Source of the DNA: Babesia bigemina
Taxonomy: Eukaryota
DNA length: 64,000 bases
Assembly: GCF_000981445.1 (NCBI RefSeq)
Contig: NC_027217.1
Location: 682,001-746,000 of the forward strand
Direction of reading: 5' to 3'
In this document: one piece after another, positions 1 through 12,101 of the stretch
Position numbering within the stretch: the stretch's first letter is position 1
Layout: each line of letters begins with the position of its first letter
Position numbers and translations under genes: made by a program
Notes under the pieces: model-generated
Seen by the model: the letters and a program-made list of their open reading frames with translations, nothing else
What the model was told of the DNA's origin: nothing
Database searches by the model: none

Positions 1-112
1 CCGGTAGGACGGGTATGTGTGTATGTTTTCTTTTGTTTGTATTTCGACTGCGCCTGGATCAACGAAGGATTCATAGAGTGAATGCAACATCAAGTGTCTA
101 CGGCGGCTGAAA

Positions 113-1111
113 ATGGCACCGTACGGCGCATCTTCCACAGACGCGTCGCGCCAGAATCTGTCTTATAAGCGCTACAGAAGCAGGAGCCGTTCGCGTACGC
201 GCGACTCGCCAGACGCTGCTCCTTCTAGGCCAAGGCGCGAAGATTCTGCCAAGGCGCCTCTGGCTACTCGCACTGGGGGGAAACACCCAGGCAGCTCTCA
301 ATCTCCCGTTGCAACAAAGCCTGACGGTGCTTCAAATGCGGAATGTAACCCCAACGCTGGCGATGACGGCAGCCGAGGAAATAGGTCCACACTGCCTTAC
401 ATCTACCAACAACGCGAGTTCATCCGCATATGCACGGATTTGATTCGGAAGTGCGAATGTGAATCTGAGTTGAAGTCGTTCCTGTCGTCGCTCGATAATG
501 GAGCTTCTGTGGACTTAGGTCGTTACGGTGATGCGCATGTGCGCAAGAAGTTCCGCCATCTGGCCCGAGCGCTGTATCTACATCGCTCCGAATCGACTGT
601 CAGGAAGCCTCCCGAGTGCAACATCTCGTTGTTAGAGGCCCTGACGGAAAAGCTGCCGTACATACGCCAAAAGGCACAAGCGCAGGGCCCATACGTACGC
701 CACAGCCGCCCTGCGGAGAGCTCGGAGCCGTCTGAAAACAATGCCAGTGACATGTCGCAATCTAACACGACAGATCCCTCCGATCGAGAACTACTAAGCC
801 TTCGCGAAATGCACGAACAAGGTTTTTTCGTCGAATATGAGGCCTTGCAAAAGGAATTCGCAGATCGCCACGCTTCTCATGACGTTTGGGGCAAAACTCC
901 GCAAGAGCAGCTGGCAATTATGCGCGAAAAGGAGTCTGCCTCCAAATCGTCGGATGCTGAAAACTCGCAACCGTGGAAGGTGTTCGACCGCGAAAAGGAA
1001 ATTGTATCAGGCTCTAAGATCGATGACAAAGGATACGCACATCTTTTGCAGTCTGGCAAAAATTTGGGGGAAATATTTGGACCAGGGCAAACACACTCTT
1101 CATTTGTCTGA
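113..1111 (+). CDS. Hypothetical protein, RS-rich N-terminus, C-terminus resembling DUF3752/GPALPP1
   Basis: 332-aa ATG ORF. The C-terminal SLREMH...FDREKE...LGEIFGPG...SSFV resembles the GPALPP1/DUF3752 tail (recalled similarity, not searched). Confidence 0.6.
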   Translation: MAPYGASSTDASRQNLSYKRYRSRSRSRTRDSPDAAPSRPRREDSAKAPLATRTGGKHPGSSQSPVATKPDGASNAECNPNAGDDGSRGNRSTLPYIYQQREFIRICTDLIRKCECESELKSFLSSLDNGASVDLGRYGDAHVRKKFRHLARALYLHRSESTVRKPPECNISLLEALTEKLPYIRQKAQAQGPYVRHSRPAESSEPSENNASDMSQSNTTDPSDRELLSLREMHEQGFFVEYEALQKEFADRHASHDVWGKTPQEQLAIMREKESASKSSDAENSQPWKVFDREKEIVSGSKIDDKGYAHLLQSGKNLGEIFGPGQTHSSFV

Positions 1112-1316
1112 CGTGCAGTGCATTGGTCGTGGTTCTATTGCCGGGGTGTCTAAGGGCTGGGGTTGGCGAAACTGGCGGAAATGCACTCTGGCTCATGTCT
1201 GTATACACAATATATGCGTATTTCTTGTATTGTCGGCGGTGCTGCGGCCAATAGCGCCGTCAGCGTGTAGTAACTCCTTTTAGGCTGACACGTGTGTGTC
1301 GGCAGCTGTCATCGCA

Positions 1317-2405
1317 ATGAGCGGCCCTGAGGAGCGCAATCTCAGCGAATTTTACGCCTTGGGCATCGAAGGAAGTGCCAACAAGCTTGGTATAGCTGTT
1401 GTGCGTGGAGACGGGGTGCTCTTGTCTAACATAAGAAAGACATACTCGCCTCCGGATGGCGAAGGATTCCTTCCGCGGCACGTCGCCCGGCACCACCGGG
1501 AAAATATGGCAGCCACGTTGAAAGAGTCTCTTTCAACTGCAGGGATCGACATATCGCAGATTTCTTTGATTTGTTACACCCGAGGACCTGGAATGGGTTC
1601 AGCGCTACACGTCGGCGCCGTTGCTGCAAAAACTGTGCACCTCCTGACAGGTGCGCCGATAGTTCCTGTCAATCATTGCGTCGGCCATGTGGAGATGGGC
1701 CGGTTTCTGAGCGGCTACAAATACCCCGTAGTACTGTACGTATCGGGGGGCAATACGCAGGTGTTATCCTTTGATCGTCAGCGGCAAGTTTACGCAGTGC
1801 TGGGAGAGACACTGGATATAGCTGCCGGAAACGTGCTAGATAGGTTGGCACGGCTGCTGGGGCTTCCGAATAAACCGTCGCCAGGCCTCTCCATTGAGCT
1901 CGCTGCTCGTGTACCGGGGGCGCGCATGATACCACTGCCTTTTGTGGTGAAGGGCATGGATTGTTCACTTAGCGGACTTTTGACTCGGTGCGAACAGCTG
2001 ATTGAGCGACAGAAAGATATGTTATCAACGGGTACCTGTACGAAGGAGGATTTCAAGAATTTCACACGAGACCTCTGCTTCAGCGTACAAGAACACATGT
2101 TCGCCATGCTGATAGAAATCACTGAGCGCGCTATGGCGTTTGTCGAGTCCAAGGAGCTGTTGGTAGTGGGCGGTGTAGGCTGTAACCTGCGTTTGCAGCA
2201 AATGGCGTCGGCCATGGCCGAAGAACGGGGGGCTAAGCTCTATCCAATGGACGAACGCTACTGCATTGACAACGGCGCCATGATTGCTTTCACAGGTATC
2301 TCCGATTATTTATATGGCCGTGGTGAAAATGCGGTGCTTGCGCCGCAGGATGTCACCGTATGCCAACGCTACCGCACTGACCAATGCCAGGCCTCGTGGA
2401 TATAG
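1317..2405 (+). CDS. KAE1: tRNA N6-adenosine threonylcarbamoyltransferase (KEOPS Kae1/OSGEP)
   Basis: GIEGSANKLG, TRGPGMG, VNHCVGHVE (HxxxH metal site), LYVSGGNTQ, GETLDIAAGN, GGVGCN and YCIDNGAMIA motifs; ATG at 1317. Confidence 0.97.
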   Translation: MSGPEERNLSEFYALGIEGSANKLGIAVVRGDGVLLSNIRKTYSPPDGEGFLPRHVARHHRENMAATLKESLSTAGIDISQISLICYTRGPGMGSALHVGAVAAKTVHLLTGAPIVPVNHCVGHVEMGRFLSGYKYPVVLYVSGGNTQVLSFDRQRQVYAVLGETLDIAAGNVLDRLARLLGLPNKPSPGLSIELAARVPGARMIPLPFVVKGMDCSLSGLLTRCEQLIERQKDMLSTGTCTKEDFKNFTRDLCFSVQEHMFAMLIEITERAMAFVESKELLVVGGVGCNLRLQQMASAMAEERGAKLYPMDERYCIDNGAMIAFTGISDYLYGRGENAVLAPQDVTVCQRYRTDQCQASWI

Positions 2406-3026
2406 TTTTTTATTTATGCAACTCCGCTAATACTTCAAACATCGATTCTGTGGGCAGCAATTATGTGAATTGTGCGTATTACATGTCATGGGACTCTGTA
2501 GTCGGAGATGGCCCTAACACGCCATAATCACAATTAAGTGGCCGAATACGATACATGACACTTGATATATTGCGTTCGGGTCATGGTTAGGCAATCAACG
2601 AAAACGTTTGATGCGAAACTCTCCGTCACCGTGTTTCTATCCCCCAAACGGAACCTTAATGTTAATTAGTCATCATGGCACCGGCGCAGAGCGACGTGCG
2701 TAGAGCAACGATTTTGTGTAACAACCGTTTATTAGCAACATATGAGTAGCTTGTCACACGTAACTCCTCATCGTGTACGTTCTGTGGTTGGGTTGCACGC
2801 CACTCAAGACGGTTTGTAGGCTGTTACGCGGATAGTGGTCGAGTGTTGTACTGTCGCCGCCTCTTGCTCCGGCAACATTTAGAGCACAGAGTGGCACTAC
2901 TACATCACATTATACAGCCTATAGAACACCTTATGAACCACTGGATACCACAACAAATCGCTGTAGCGAAGGGCAGCAGACGAGGCAGGGGGCAACGACT
3001 TATCGATTGCGCACAAATTCGCCTCA

Positions 3027-3030
<4 letters not shown>

Positions 3031-3080
<50 letters not shown>
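3031..3080. repeat. (AT)25 microsatellite
   Basis: Perfect AT dinucleotide run of 50 nt. Confidence 0.98.
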
Positions 3081-3082
<2 letters not shown>

Positions 3083-4359
3083 TGCCACAATCTCGTTATA
3101 CTGTATGTCTAGGAGACTAACATCGAATAAAAGCGACAAATCGGGGAAAGAGTTTTTCTTTTTCAATTACATTAATAATCAGAATTCCAGTTGCTCGGTA
3201 TTCTGTACAACCACTGGCACAGCACTGCTGACAGTGGTATCCTGTATGTGTATACACCCCTGAAAGCTCCCCATCAGTTAGCCAAATACTCCTGCACGGA
3301 AGTGAACCACCCACCAGATGTCGGACGTAAGGTCGAGCGATGTGCCCATAACTGGCCTTGCGATATATGTATCAGACCAAGTTGGTTGTACTTGTAATAA
3401 GCCTGCGATAGTACGTCCCGGCGTTGTTGGTGCACGTGGATTCATATATCAATTGCCATGAGAGCATTACACCACTCATGGGCATCTCATCTGCAGCATA
3501 AGCGAAACCAGCCCAAGAGTCCATCCGATTGGCCCGCGTGTATAAAGAGTGCTGTGTTTACTACAACCACAGTTTCGTGATGAGAACACATTTGCATATA
3601 CGAGCGTAGGATTGGCTTCGCTTTAGATCTAGAGAGGAATGTCCATCTGTGCCCTCTCGCTGCAGTAGGCCATCACTCTGAAGGTGTATTCGTGTATTGA
3701 CCGTTTACTCTTACATCAAGTAACTCCATTTTAACCAGCGATTCTAATCTGAATGCGCATTCTGTGATTTTGCCAGCCACGTCAATGCCCTTGCGTGAGT
3801 TTGCATCTTCCGTGATCCGGATCACGCCCCCAGTGTGTTTGGGTTCTCGGTGAATACCTTGAGATCCTCATTATAGAGTGGACGGTTTGAGATGAATATT
3901 AGCCCTTGCACCGACTTCCAGCTCCGCAAGGGTGTACAGGCGGCCCACCTCCCTGGCTCAACGTGATAATGTATACTACCATTCCCATGCAGAATTTGCA
4001 TTTGTTTCCGCTCATGTGATTCACGGGTAGAAATACAGACGGTACACGACTTTTGTGTACCTAAGGTATCATCAATCACTATCCACCTGCTAACTCCCAT
4101 TCGGCGCGTTGCATTTTAGCAGCTTCGCAGTCGTGTATTGCGTCAGCAGCCAGTGCAACGACTAGCACGCATATATGCGTATCCCTAGATTTTGGTAAAT
4201 TTGCTGATACAAAACTAGCGCCGGCTTCGTTTATAATCGAGGTTCCAGCGGTCTTTTCATTGCCTTCCTCCGCATCTTGACGGGACTAACGTTGCCCAAT
4301 CACTAGCGTAGTACACAGTTACTACATTGGCACTCCCATATCGATGCTCCCGATATTAC

Positions 4360-4851
4360 TCAGCGCAGATTATACTTCGCAAACTTGGCAGGTAAGTATC
4401 GGCGGCCTCTAAATTTAGAGATAAGGCCACTATCGTCAAATTCAGTGTAAGCACCCCAAAATGCACGTAGGGCTTTCTTTAATCTCCAGTAAGCGTACAT
4501 GATAATTTCTGCAGCAATTGTGAAAGATCTAAAAAATCCCGCTGAGCACCTGTTCAGCCATCCGTAAAAGTACGCAGCGAAGAGTAATCCAAAAAGGAAA
4601 CCCATAATCAACATCATTGGAATGACATATGATATCCACACATACCACATAACCATCTGAATGACGCTGTCCATAAGCTCTTCTACACCCGGTGATTCCA
4701 ATGCACTTTTGATGCTGCTTGCGTCGATGGCACCATCAAATGCACTATCTGTCAAGCTCTCGATTCCTCTTTTCGCTGCACTCGAGACAGTTTTTCTGGC
4801 GGCCCTAATGCCTGCTTGAACCAGGCCAGAGAATCGGGAAAACAAACTCAT
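4360..4851 (-). CDS. Hypothetical small membrane protein
   Basis: ATG at 4851 (MSLFSRFSGLVQAGIRAARK...), 163 aa, with a long hydrophobic stretch VIQMVMWYVWISYVIPMMLIMGFLFGLLFAAYFYGWL. Confidence 0.55.
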   Translation of the reverse strand: MSLFSRFSGLVQAGIRAARKTVSSAAKRGIESLTDSAFDGAIDASSIKSALESPGVEELMDSVIQMVMWYVWISYVIPMMLIMGFLFGLLFAAYFYGWLNRCSAGFFRSFTIAAEIIMYAYWRLKKALRAFWGAYTEFDDSGLISKFRGRRYLPAKFAKYNLR

Positions 4852-6438
4852 CTTTGTTGCCGACAGAAGAATGCCTGGGCAGAAATTTTCTAGGGGAGCC
4901 AAAAAATCATGAATTTTGGGTAAATGCCCTATAACGTATTTTATACGTTTCATTACACATCTCAACAACCATAACGACGCTAAAATGTGCTAATTAGCGG
5001 CGTAACGATGTCTACAGGGCCCGTGTCTAAGGGATATTCACGGCAACACAAGCGCGGAAACACGGCGACAGTGTTGCCGTTAAAAACTTCACATGATGTG
5101 TAAAGTTATGGTGATATATTTAAAGAGGGAAATTTGTCAACGGTAGTAAGCGTCTCAAAGGGACGTAAGGTAGGGGGTGGATCTATGCGACTTACGGATA
5201 CTCACGGCACGGATGGCCATGCATGCACAGCCAAAACAGGAAGCCAGTATGCGTTTAAATGAATTTCCGTGATAAGCGAAGATATCTGACGTTTGCAGCT
5301 GCAACCTTGAAAACTTGGGGTATTCTTGCGATGTCGAAAAGACTTTATGTTTGTAACAACCCCACCCGGTGGGCAAAGTGGAAATGCTAACTCGAACGCC
5401 AGCTCATGAAACCAAAGTAGAATTGATGATGTATGAGTTATGTAGAGCAATTAGGGATGCGATATACATGTTTAAACATGCATGTAAAACAATTCCGATA
5501 TGCTCCTTGATGCATCTGAGGAGGATGTATTTACCCTATAGGTATGCGAGACACTTTCTACGAGATGATGAAAGCGGCGCTACCAATTACCGACCGTCTG
5601 CCATAGATGCTGTCATCATCCGAGGGTGACATGAACGTAGTTGCATAGAATGGAAAAGTGAGACGTCACGATACAGAAATCGCCGTATTATAACCGCATC
5701 CGGGTACTGATAGGTTGTTAACTGAGATAATTGGACATTTTTGGCACAGTTCGATAACCACAACTTCCGTATAATGGCACATGAACTGTTATCGTCTTCC
5801 ATATAACTATACTGGCTTCGACGGTGAAATTGCCGTTGCGATTTGGCTTTTCTGTGATACCTCGGTGTGGACACTGCAGACCACTTTCCACTGCTGGCCT
5901 GAGTTACTATGTTGGCAACGCGTGATCACGGTGGTACCATGGTATCAATTATATTAAGTAGGACTCGTATTGGCCTGAGGAAGCAGGCCTCTGTTAGTGA
6001 TTGTATATGTCCCGGGTAGTATGGATGCGCCCGGGGACTTCAGTGAATGAACTTATCGTGTAGTTGATCATGTTGCGCACGTGCATGATGATGGACGTAC
6101 CGAGGGTGCTAAGAGAAGTGCATCTATAGTTCTGGTAACACCTACATCAACAGGCTGCAGATGTCACGTTCCTCACAACCGGTTTTACACTGATCAGAGC
6201 ACCTAGTAATATTAACACTATCCACTCGCAATATTTAAACGCGTCACCTGATGAGCGTCGAAAGACTAATGGCAACCTACGTGGAAGTCGTATGTTAAAT
6301 ATAGAGCATGTGCTGCACTTTTGGTTCGGCAATCATATAGTTTGCGGAGCTGTTAGATGTTTCATTAGCGTTAATAGACTATATATCACGAAATGTACGG
6401 GTAATGTGATATTGGCTGTGTAAGGCGCTGTTAATACG

Positions 6439-6696
6439 AACCCACCCAACTGTTTCAACCAGGTGTCAGTCGACGGAGACGTGACCAACCTAAACAACAC
6501 CAGCCAGTCTTAGGTAGCATCAGCATCCACCCACTTCGTCACCTTGCAATTCAACGGCAAACTCGTAGGGCCAGGCGAATCTCTGCGCCAGACGCCGCCG
6601 TTGGAGTGCCGATGCGTCACCATCAAGGGTATCGTCCTGTCGACCATGCAGATCGAGAACTACTACGCCAAAGAATTGGTAACTGTGGTGCAATAA
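6439..6696 (+). pseudogene. 6-Cys (s48/45) domain 3' fragment with an in-frame stop
   Basis: Reads NPPNCFNQV...SQS*VASASTHFV...GESLRQTPPLECRCVTIKGIVLSTMQIENYY. TAG at 6511-6513 where the paralog at 19394-19879 has Leu. Confidence 0.75.
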
Positions 6697-7220
6697 CTTG
6701 TTTGGCAACCAGCCACTTTAATTGTCATAGTTCATGTTGGTCGATCTTTTGGTCTGTCCCACTGGCCAGATGGCATTGTGGTAGGCTGTTGTACTTGCTG
6801 CTGATAACCCAGGGTTATAATGAGAAGGTGCCACGTGGTTGTAGTTGTTGTATTTCGGAGGAAGTGCGTGTAATGTGCTTAATTTGAATTACGATTCATC
6901 ATCTCTTTGTTGCTCACAATTTATTGACAAGATGAGTAAGGTGAGCTAACGAGACTCGTAGCACTGCTCACATTTCGAAACCTCGGCCATGCCATTCACA
7001 CGCAACAACGAACGGTACATGAAGTTTAGGAGTGCAGTCTAGCTAGCGCGTTAAAGTGGAAGAGCTGCTGCGGCGGCAGTGACTGCCGTCGGACAATCGG
7101 TGAAAATGGGAGCGGGAAATACTTTCCTCTACTCCTTGTATGTGCGCAGAGAAGCACAATACATGCTTTGTAAAGACACATATGATCATACGGGCGATTG
7201 CGAAATGCTGCTCTAGGCGA

Positions 7221-8037
7221 CACTGGGCCCACCCACAGCCTGCACCGTGATGGGCTAGGCGAGGTAGAAGTACGAGGCTATCCACTAAGGTATATTACGT
7301 GTCAGAAACATGCCAATATGTTAGGACTAAGGTAAATATCAGGCAACTTGGAAATACGCCCGACACCCCTTGGCTCAACAAGAGGCCCGACCTTTCGGGT
7401 TGGAACGTGAGGCATTGCACTGGGTTAACAAGTTTCATCTGAACAGCACGATTAAACGCATAACAAATCTCAGAGATGTGGTTATATGTCTCAATCGAGG
7501 GGGTTCCGTAGCCAATTCAGCTAGTAAGTGCCGTCGGCCTGATGTCATTGTGCTAACAGGTGGGGGCATGTATCGTGGTGGTCTAGGCAGTTGTGCCGAA
7601 ACTTTCTGAGATACTGCAATTTTAACACTACTTAACACTTTGAACCAACGATTGTGGAATGTAGGAGCCAGCAAGATATTTTCTCAGCGAATGGTGGGGG
7701 AAAGTTCGTAATAGATAGATGTCCAGTTAGGTTTTGCATTTTGTAAAATGCTCATCAGGGGATCTCATTGGAAGCTGTGACTCCAACTTCAAGACTCACC
7801 CCTTCGATCCGTGCAACCTGTGCCGCAAGAGCCGGATCAGGATGGGATTTAAGAAGAGAGATTTGCCTAAGACGTCGCAACTGGGCAGTGTCATTTCCTC
7901 CATCCTCACTTTCTGCTGCGGCGGTAGTGATCCCCTGTTGACATTGGCCTCCTACCTCAACTGCCTCACCGGGCGGACTCCAAGGACGACAGGGGAGCTG
8001 GTCTCGTTCTTTCACGATTTTGGCATAGAGTTGCACG
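7221..8037 (+). repeat. 817-bp inverted repeat, left copy (partner 18027-18843)
   Basis: Near-identical to the reverse complement of 18027-18843. The same spurious ORFs appear on opposite strands (7370-7609+ and 18455-18694-). Confidence 0.95.
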
Positions 8038-8186
8038 GTTATGCTTTGAAGTCGTTGTCTCCACTGTGTATCTCTCTTTCCGCTTCACATCCCAACAGTC
8101 CCGAATGGGACCGTCTTGATGGCACCGGCCTAGATACTGTCGCATCCGTGGTTCCGAGTCTCTCAACTCAACGCATGACCATCTGA
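7734..8186 (+). pseudogene. ves1-like (VESA1) internal fragment
   Basis: HPFDPCNLCRKSRIRMGF...LNCLTGRTPRTTGELVSFFHDFG resembles Babesia VES1-family internal motifs. No ATG, and far shorter than a ves1 gene. Confidence 0.7.
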
Positions 8187-9830
8187 AGAGTCTACCTAAA
8201 CAATTTGGAGACAACTTGGATCATTTACATCGCCATCCACAATTGTTGCCAACTATCTACCATTCGCATGCCCTCTACCCCCTCGTCTTTGACTACACGA
8301 TTTTTCACTTCTTGAATGTTCTGCCATGTTCCCAATTGTTTCGACTACCAACGCGTTTCACTTCATCCACATCACGACAATACTCGTTCACTGGAAGAGG
8401 ATACTCCTACCTTGCTACGACATCGACTACTTCAATGACTCCATGGGCGAACATTGTTACATCGTAATTATCGCATCTATGCAATCACAGGTTGCTATAT
8501 GATGGAATGCAGTGCAGCAGTGATTTAATGTGCTGATGAGGCGTATGCAGTGGGATGTGTAATAGATTCATGAAACTGTCGTATATACCACTGTGATATT
8601 ACACACCTATGCCACCTCCACGGCAACACTAAGGTAATGTAATAAAATAGTTCATGGCATAATTAATTCGTGAGTAAGATAGGTTATAACCCATGCCTAT
8701 AGCTCGGGAGCGCCATGCTGGGTTTGGGAACGGGCAATCATCCAGGTGGGTGTACAAAATTTGTATACTTGTTTGGGTTGCTATAAGCGACGTTTTGCGT
8801 CTTCATACGAATTTTTGTAAAGCTGCGTCTCGATTCAGTGTCGTAGATCACAGAGGCATGTGTTAGCGCATTAGCATTGTAGACATACGGTTGGAAGTTG
8901 TTGGACCGAACTGGCGGAATCACCTTCCGTTAGAATTCATATCAGCCATATTGGCATAAAGTAACACTGTATGGGAACGTGGGCAACCGAAGCTCAAGAC
9001 TTCGGGCGTTCAGGGCGACAACAAAACTCACGATTCCTTCAGGCTGATTCGCCTGGGCGTGGAGCCACAGGGTTTGAAACAAAGCATCTGCATATTAAGG
9101 TTTTACATTGAGTGCACAAAATAAAGCATAATTCCACAAACTATAAAATGTTGGGACATTCACACACAACGTCAGCCTCGTACACACTAGTCCCAGACAC
9201 GGCAGTGCGCTGGATTCCATAGCAACCACATATCAGTTGATATCAACAGCGCTTTGAGAAGCAGGAGATAACATATCATAGCGTGCAGCCCTAATGTGTC
9301 ATTATGCATTCGCAACCAAAGTTGCTGCAACCACTGAAAGCGAGAAACAATTAAGCCAATCATGGAAGGCGGTAGAAGCAGTGTATACATGCCTCACCAG
9401 AAGACTGCTGTCTAAATAGTAAGAAGGCGCCATTAGACTGTATATACGCTGCAAAAAGCTATTTGCAACCCATGGTAACACTTTAACCTTCAACGTTTGT
9501 CCAAACTTGCAACAACACTTATAAGCCTAGTATGGGCGACTAGTGCCGCATATATACGCTGACAATGACTCGCGCTGGTTGTACTGCATGCCGCGTCAAT
9601 GGTATCGAGATCGGAGAGCTGGGGCATCTGTGTAGTTACTTCCTTTACCATAGGTATCTTTGGCATATCTTAATCTTTCTAAATTTAAATTAGAAGCCTA
9701 TTTATTAGGTTTAAGCTGCACTTTTGCATTGCGTATTGTTGAATACAACTCGTCTGTTTGCAAGCTGGCCTGCAAATAGACCAAGATCCATACAGGAATA
9801 GTAGCTGCATAGTTTAACTCATTTTTCAAA

Positions 9831-10577
9831 ATGGTGTACACTTCGTTGACTGACATTCCTCGCAACCTCAAGGAGGCTATTGACTGGTTGGTAGCCGTGA
9901 AGGGAACTGACGCTGAGAAAAATGTGAAGGCAATGGGTGCTGCTGTTTACGAATTGCTCGCTGACAAGCCCGTTGGTTTCACCGATGTTACGGCTCTCTG
10001 GAATGTTAAATTTGCCACTAAGAAGTTCCTGCAGCAGGATGAGATTAAGGACATGTGGCCCGTAAAGGAGCTGAGCAAGAGGTACTATGAGTTCATGGAC
10101 AAAAGCCCCGAGGCGATCGCCAAGGCCCCTGCAATGGTCCCCAAAAGCGATTACGAAAACGTCATAAAGACCAGGGGTCTCACCGCTGAAGTCATTGGAC
10201 AGAACCTTGGTGAAGTTGTGGAGGGCTGTGAGAAGCTGCTGCAAGGTATCAAGGTACCTGAGCAGTACGAGTCTGCTTACGGCTCGGAAGCAACCTGGGA
10301 CGCATCATGCGCTGCGAAACCGGAGGCTTGCGCTGTGGTATTTGTTGGTATTGCGCCGATGCTGTACACCGGCCTTGGTGCTATGTGGGACGCCAGCCAT
10401 CTTGAGATGTCGAAGAAGTCAGCGGGTGCTGCCAAGGTTTTGCAAGCCTTGGGCTTCGTCGAGCCGCAATGCCGTGCTGGTATGACCGTTTCGAATGCGC
10501 TCAGGGGTTTGAGGGGTATCGATCTTCACATATTGGACACCCTCTACGACCTTTCTGGATTCTGGGCTTTCTACTAA
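9831..10577 (+). CDS. Short VESA-like (ves2-type) protein, no C-terminal tail
   Basis: N-terminal SLTDIPRNLKEAIDWL matches the VESA1 N-terminal signature; YESAY...TWDASC...CAVVFVGIAPMLY; ends DLSGFWAFY*. Paralogs at 16041 and 50112. Confidence 0.85.
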   Translation: MVYTSLTDIPRNLKEAIDWLVAVKGTDAEKNVKAMGAAVYELLADKPVGFTDVTALWNVKFATKKFLQQDEIKDMWPVKELSKRYYEFMDKSPEAIAKAPAMVPKSDYENVIKTRGLTAEVIGQNLGEVVEGCEKLLQGIKVPEQYESAYGSEATWDASCAAKPEACAVVFVGIAPMLYTGLGAMWDASHLEMSKKSAGAAKVLQALGFVEPQCRAGMTVSNALRGLRGIDLHILDTLYDLSGFWAFY

Positions 10578-12101
10578 GTGAGCATTGCACGTAACCAGTT
10601 AAAGCAAATAGGCATGGGTTTTCCGTCCGTATTACCTCTGAGTTAACATAATTGGAGCAAACGCTAAACGTTGTTTAATGAAATGTAGCTAGAGCCAAAA
10701 TTATGTATGCAAAAGTTATCCACAACGCTCCTGCCCTCGAAGGAGGCACACGAACGTTCTGAACTCGCGTTTAATGTCGTGTATTGCGCGATTTAGCGCG
10801 TGATTGTTGCAACTCACCATTTGTATATATTCGTATATCAGACAGGCGTTGTGTGAACTCCAGCAATTTATTAATGGCGGTTTGCATTGCTTTACGCCTC
10901 ACGTATAGGAATGCAAAAACGTACTTAAGACGCATGGCAACTCACACATACGTTGCTCATAAACATTATATACCCAACCCATTATAGCAAACCGCGTATA
11001 AACCGAATAATGCTACGACCCATCGCCGTCCACAGCTACGGATAGGCGCCATTTTTTATGGCAACAAAAGAACAAGAGCATCGAAAGCAGGCGATCAACC
11101 TTACTATCACAATGTTGCGTTATGCTGGACGATGCCGCACGCTATCTGCTGCAACGGCAATCAAGGATTTCAAGCCACGATGGAGATTTAGTCGGGGCGG
11201 TGAACTGGCGGGCGAATAAAAGATTCCGAAGGCTAAAAATATTTTACGATGCAGAACGTATTTTTTTCAATAATTGCCATTCTGCGTCACCGGAAATGTA
11301 TACACAGTAGAGTCACCGTGAAAATTCCTTACCACGTATCCACTTTTCTTGTTGCCGACGCATGTAGACACCGACAAATCCGCGACATAATTGCGACCAA
11401 TGGCTTCGAACGCCTGTAACTCCTACATCTAACAGACAATATAAGGCGAGATGGTTGATTTCGCAATGATGAAGCAAATTTGCAGCAGATTTACCAACCA
11501 TGGGGATGGTAAGGTAACTTCTTTCGAGATGCAAAGTCACTTAGTGCTCATCGTGTAATTAACATCCACAAGTAAGCAGGTAATACGACGCACATCCAAA
11601 TTTGAGTTAGGCCGATTAGACGCTGCTGGTGACCCCGCCTCGTAGCACAATACAAACAGACGCATTCGTGTACCAAGCATCGTGTGAAGTGTTCTTATCA
11701 TGAACACAGGATTATAAACTGGGTTTTAAAGGCCAAATCAGATTGAAATTCGGGTAACCGAAAAAACGTTACCGTGCGATCATTGTTCCGGGAAGCAGCA
11801 ATTTGGACCAGATTTACATTTGCAACGGAATCACTGCAAATGTAAGACACCTATTACTGCAATATTCAAAGCATTATTTCTATATTTGCTCAGGATAGCC
11901 TAACATCTTTCTCGACTAGGTGAATTTTCTTATGTGGAAAAAGGAGGTAGATCTACTTCCGCAGATCAGTGAACACGATTGTCGCACTCTTTAAACGCTG
12001 TATAAAAGCATTGTATAAATTTATCGCAAGTAATAACAAACCATTTTAGATGAAGCGTGCGCATAGAGGCAACCGCTGAAAAATACGGTGATACGGAAAT
12101 C

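Noticed and set aside
2900..3166. ORFs with YIYIYI runs
   Set aside because: Translation artefacts of the (AT)n microsatellite.
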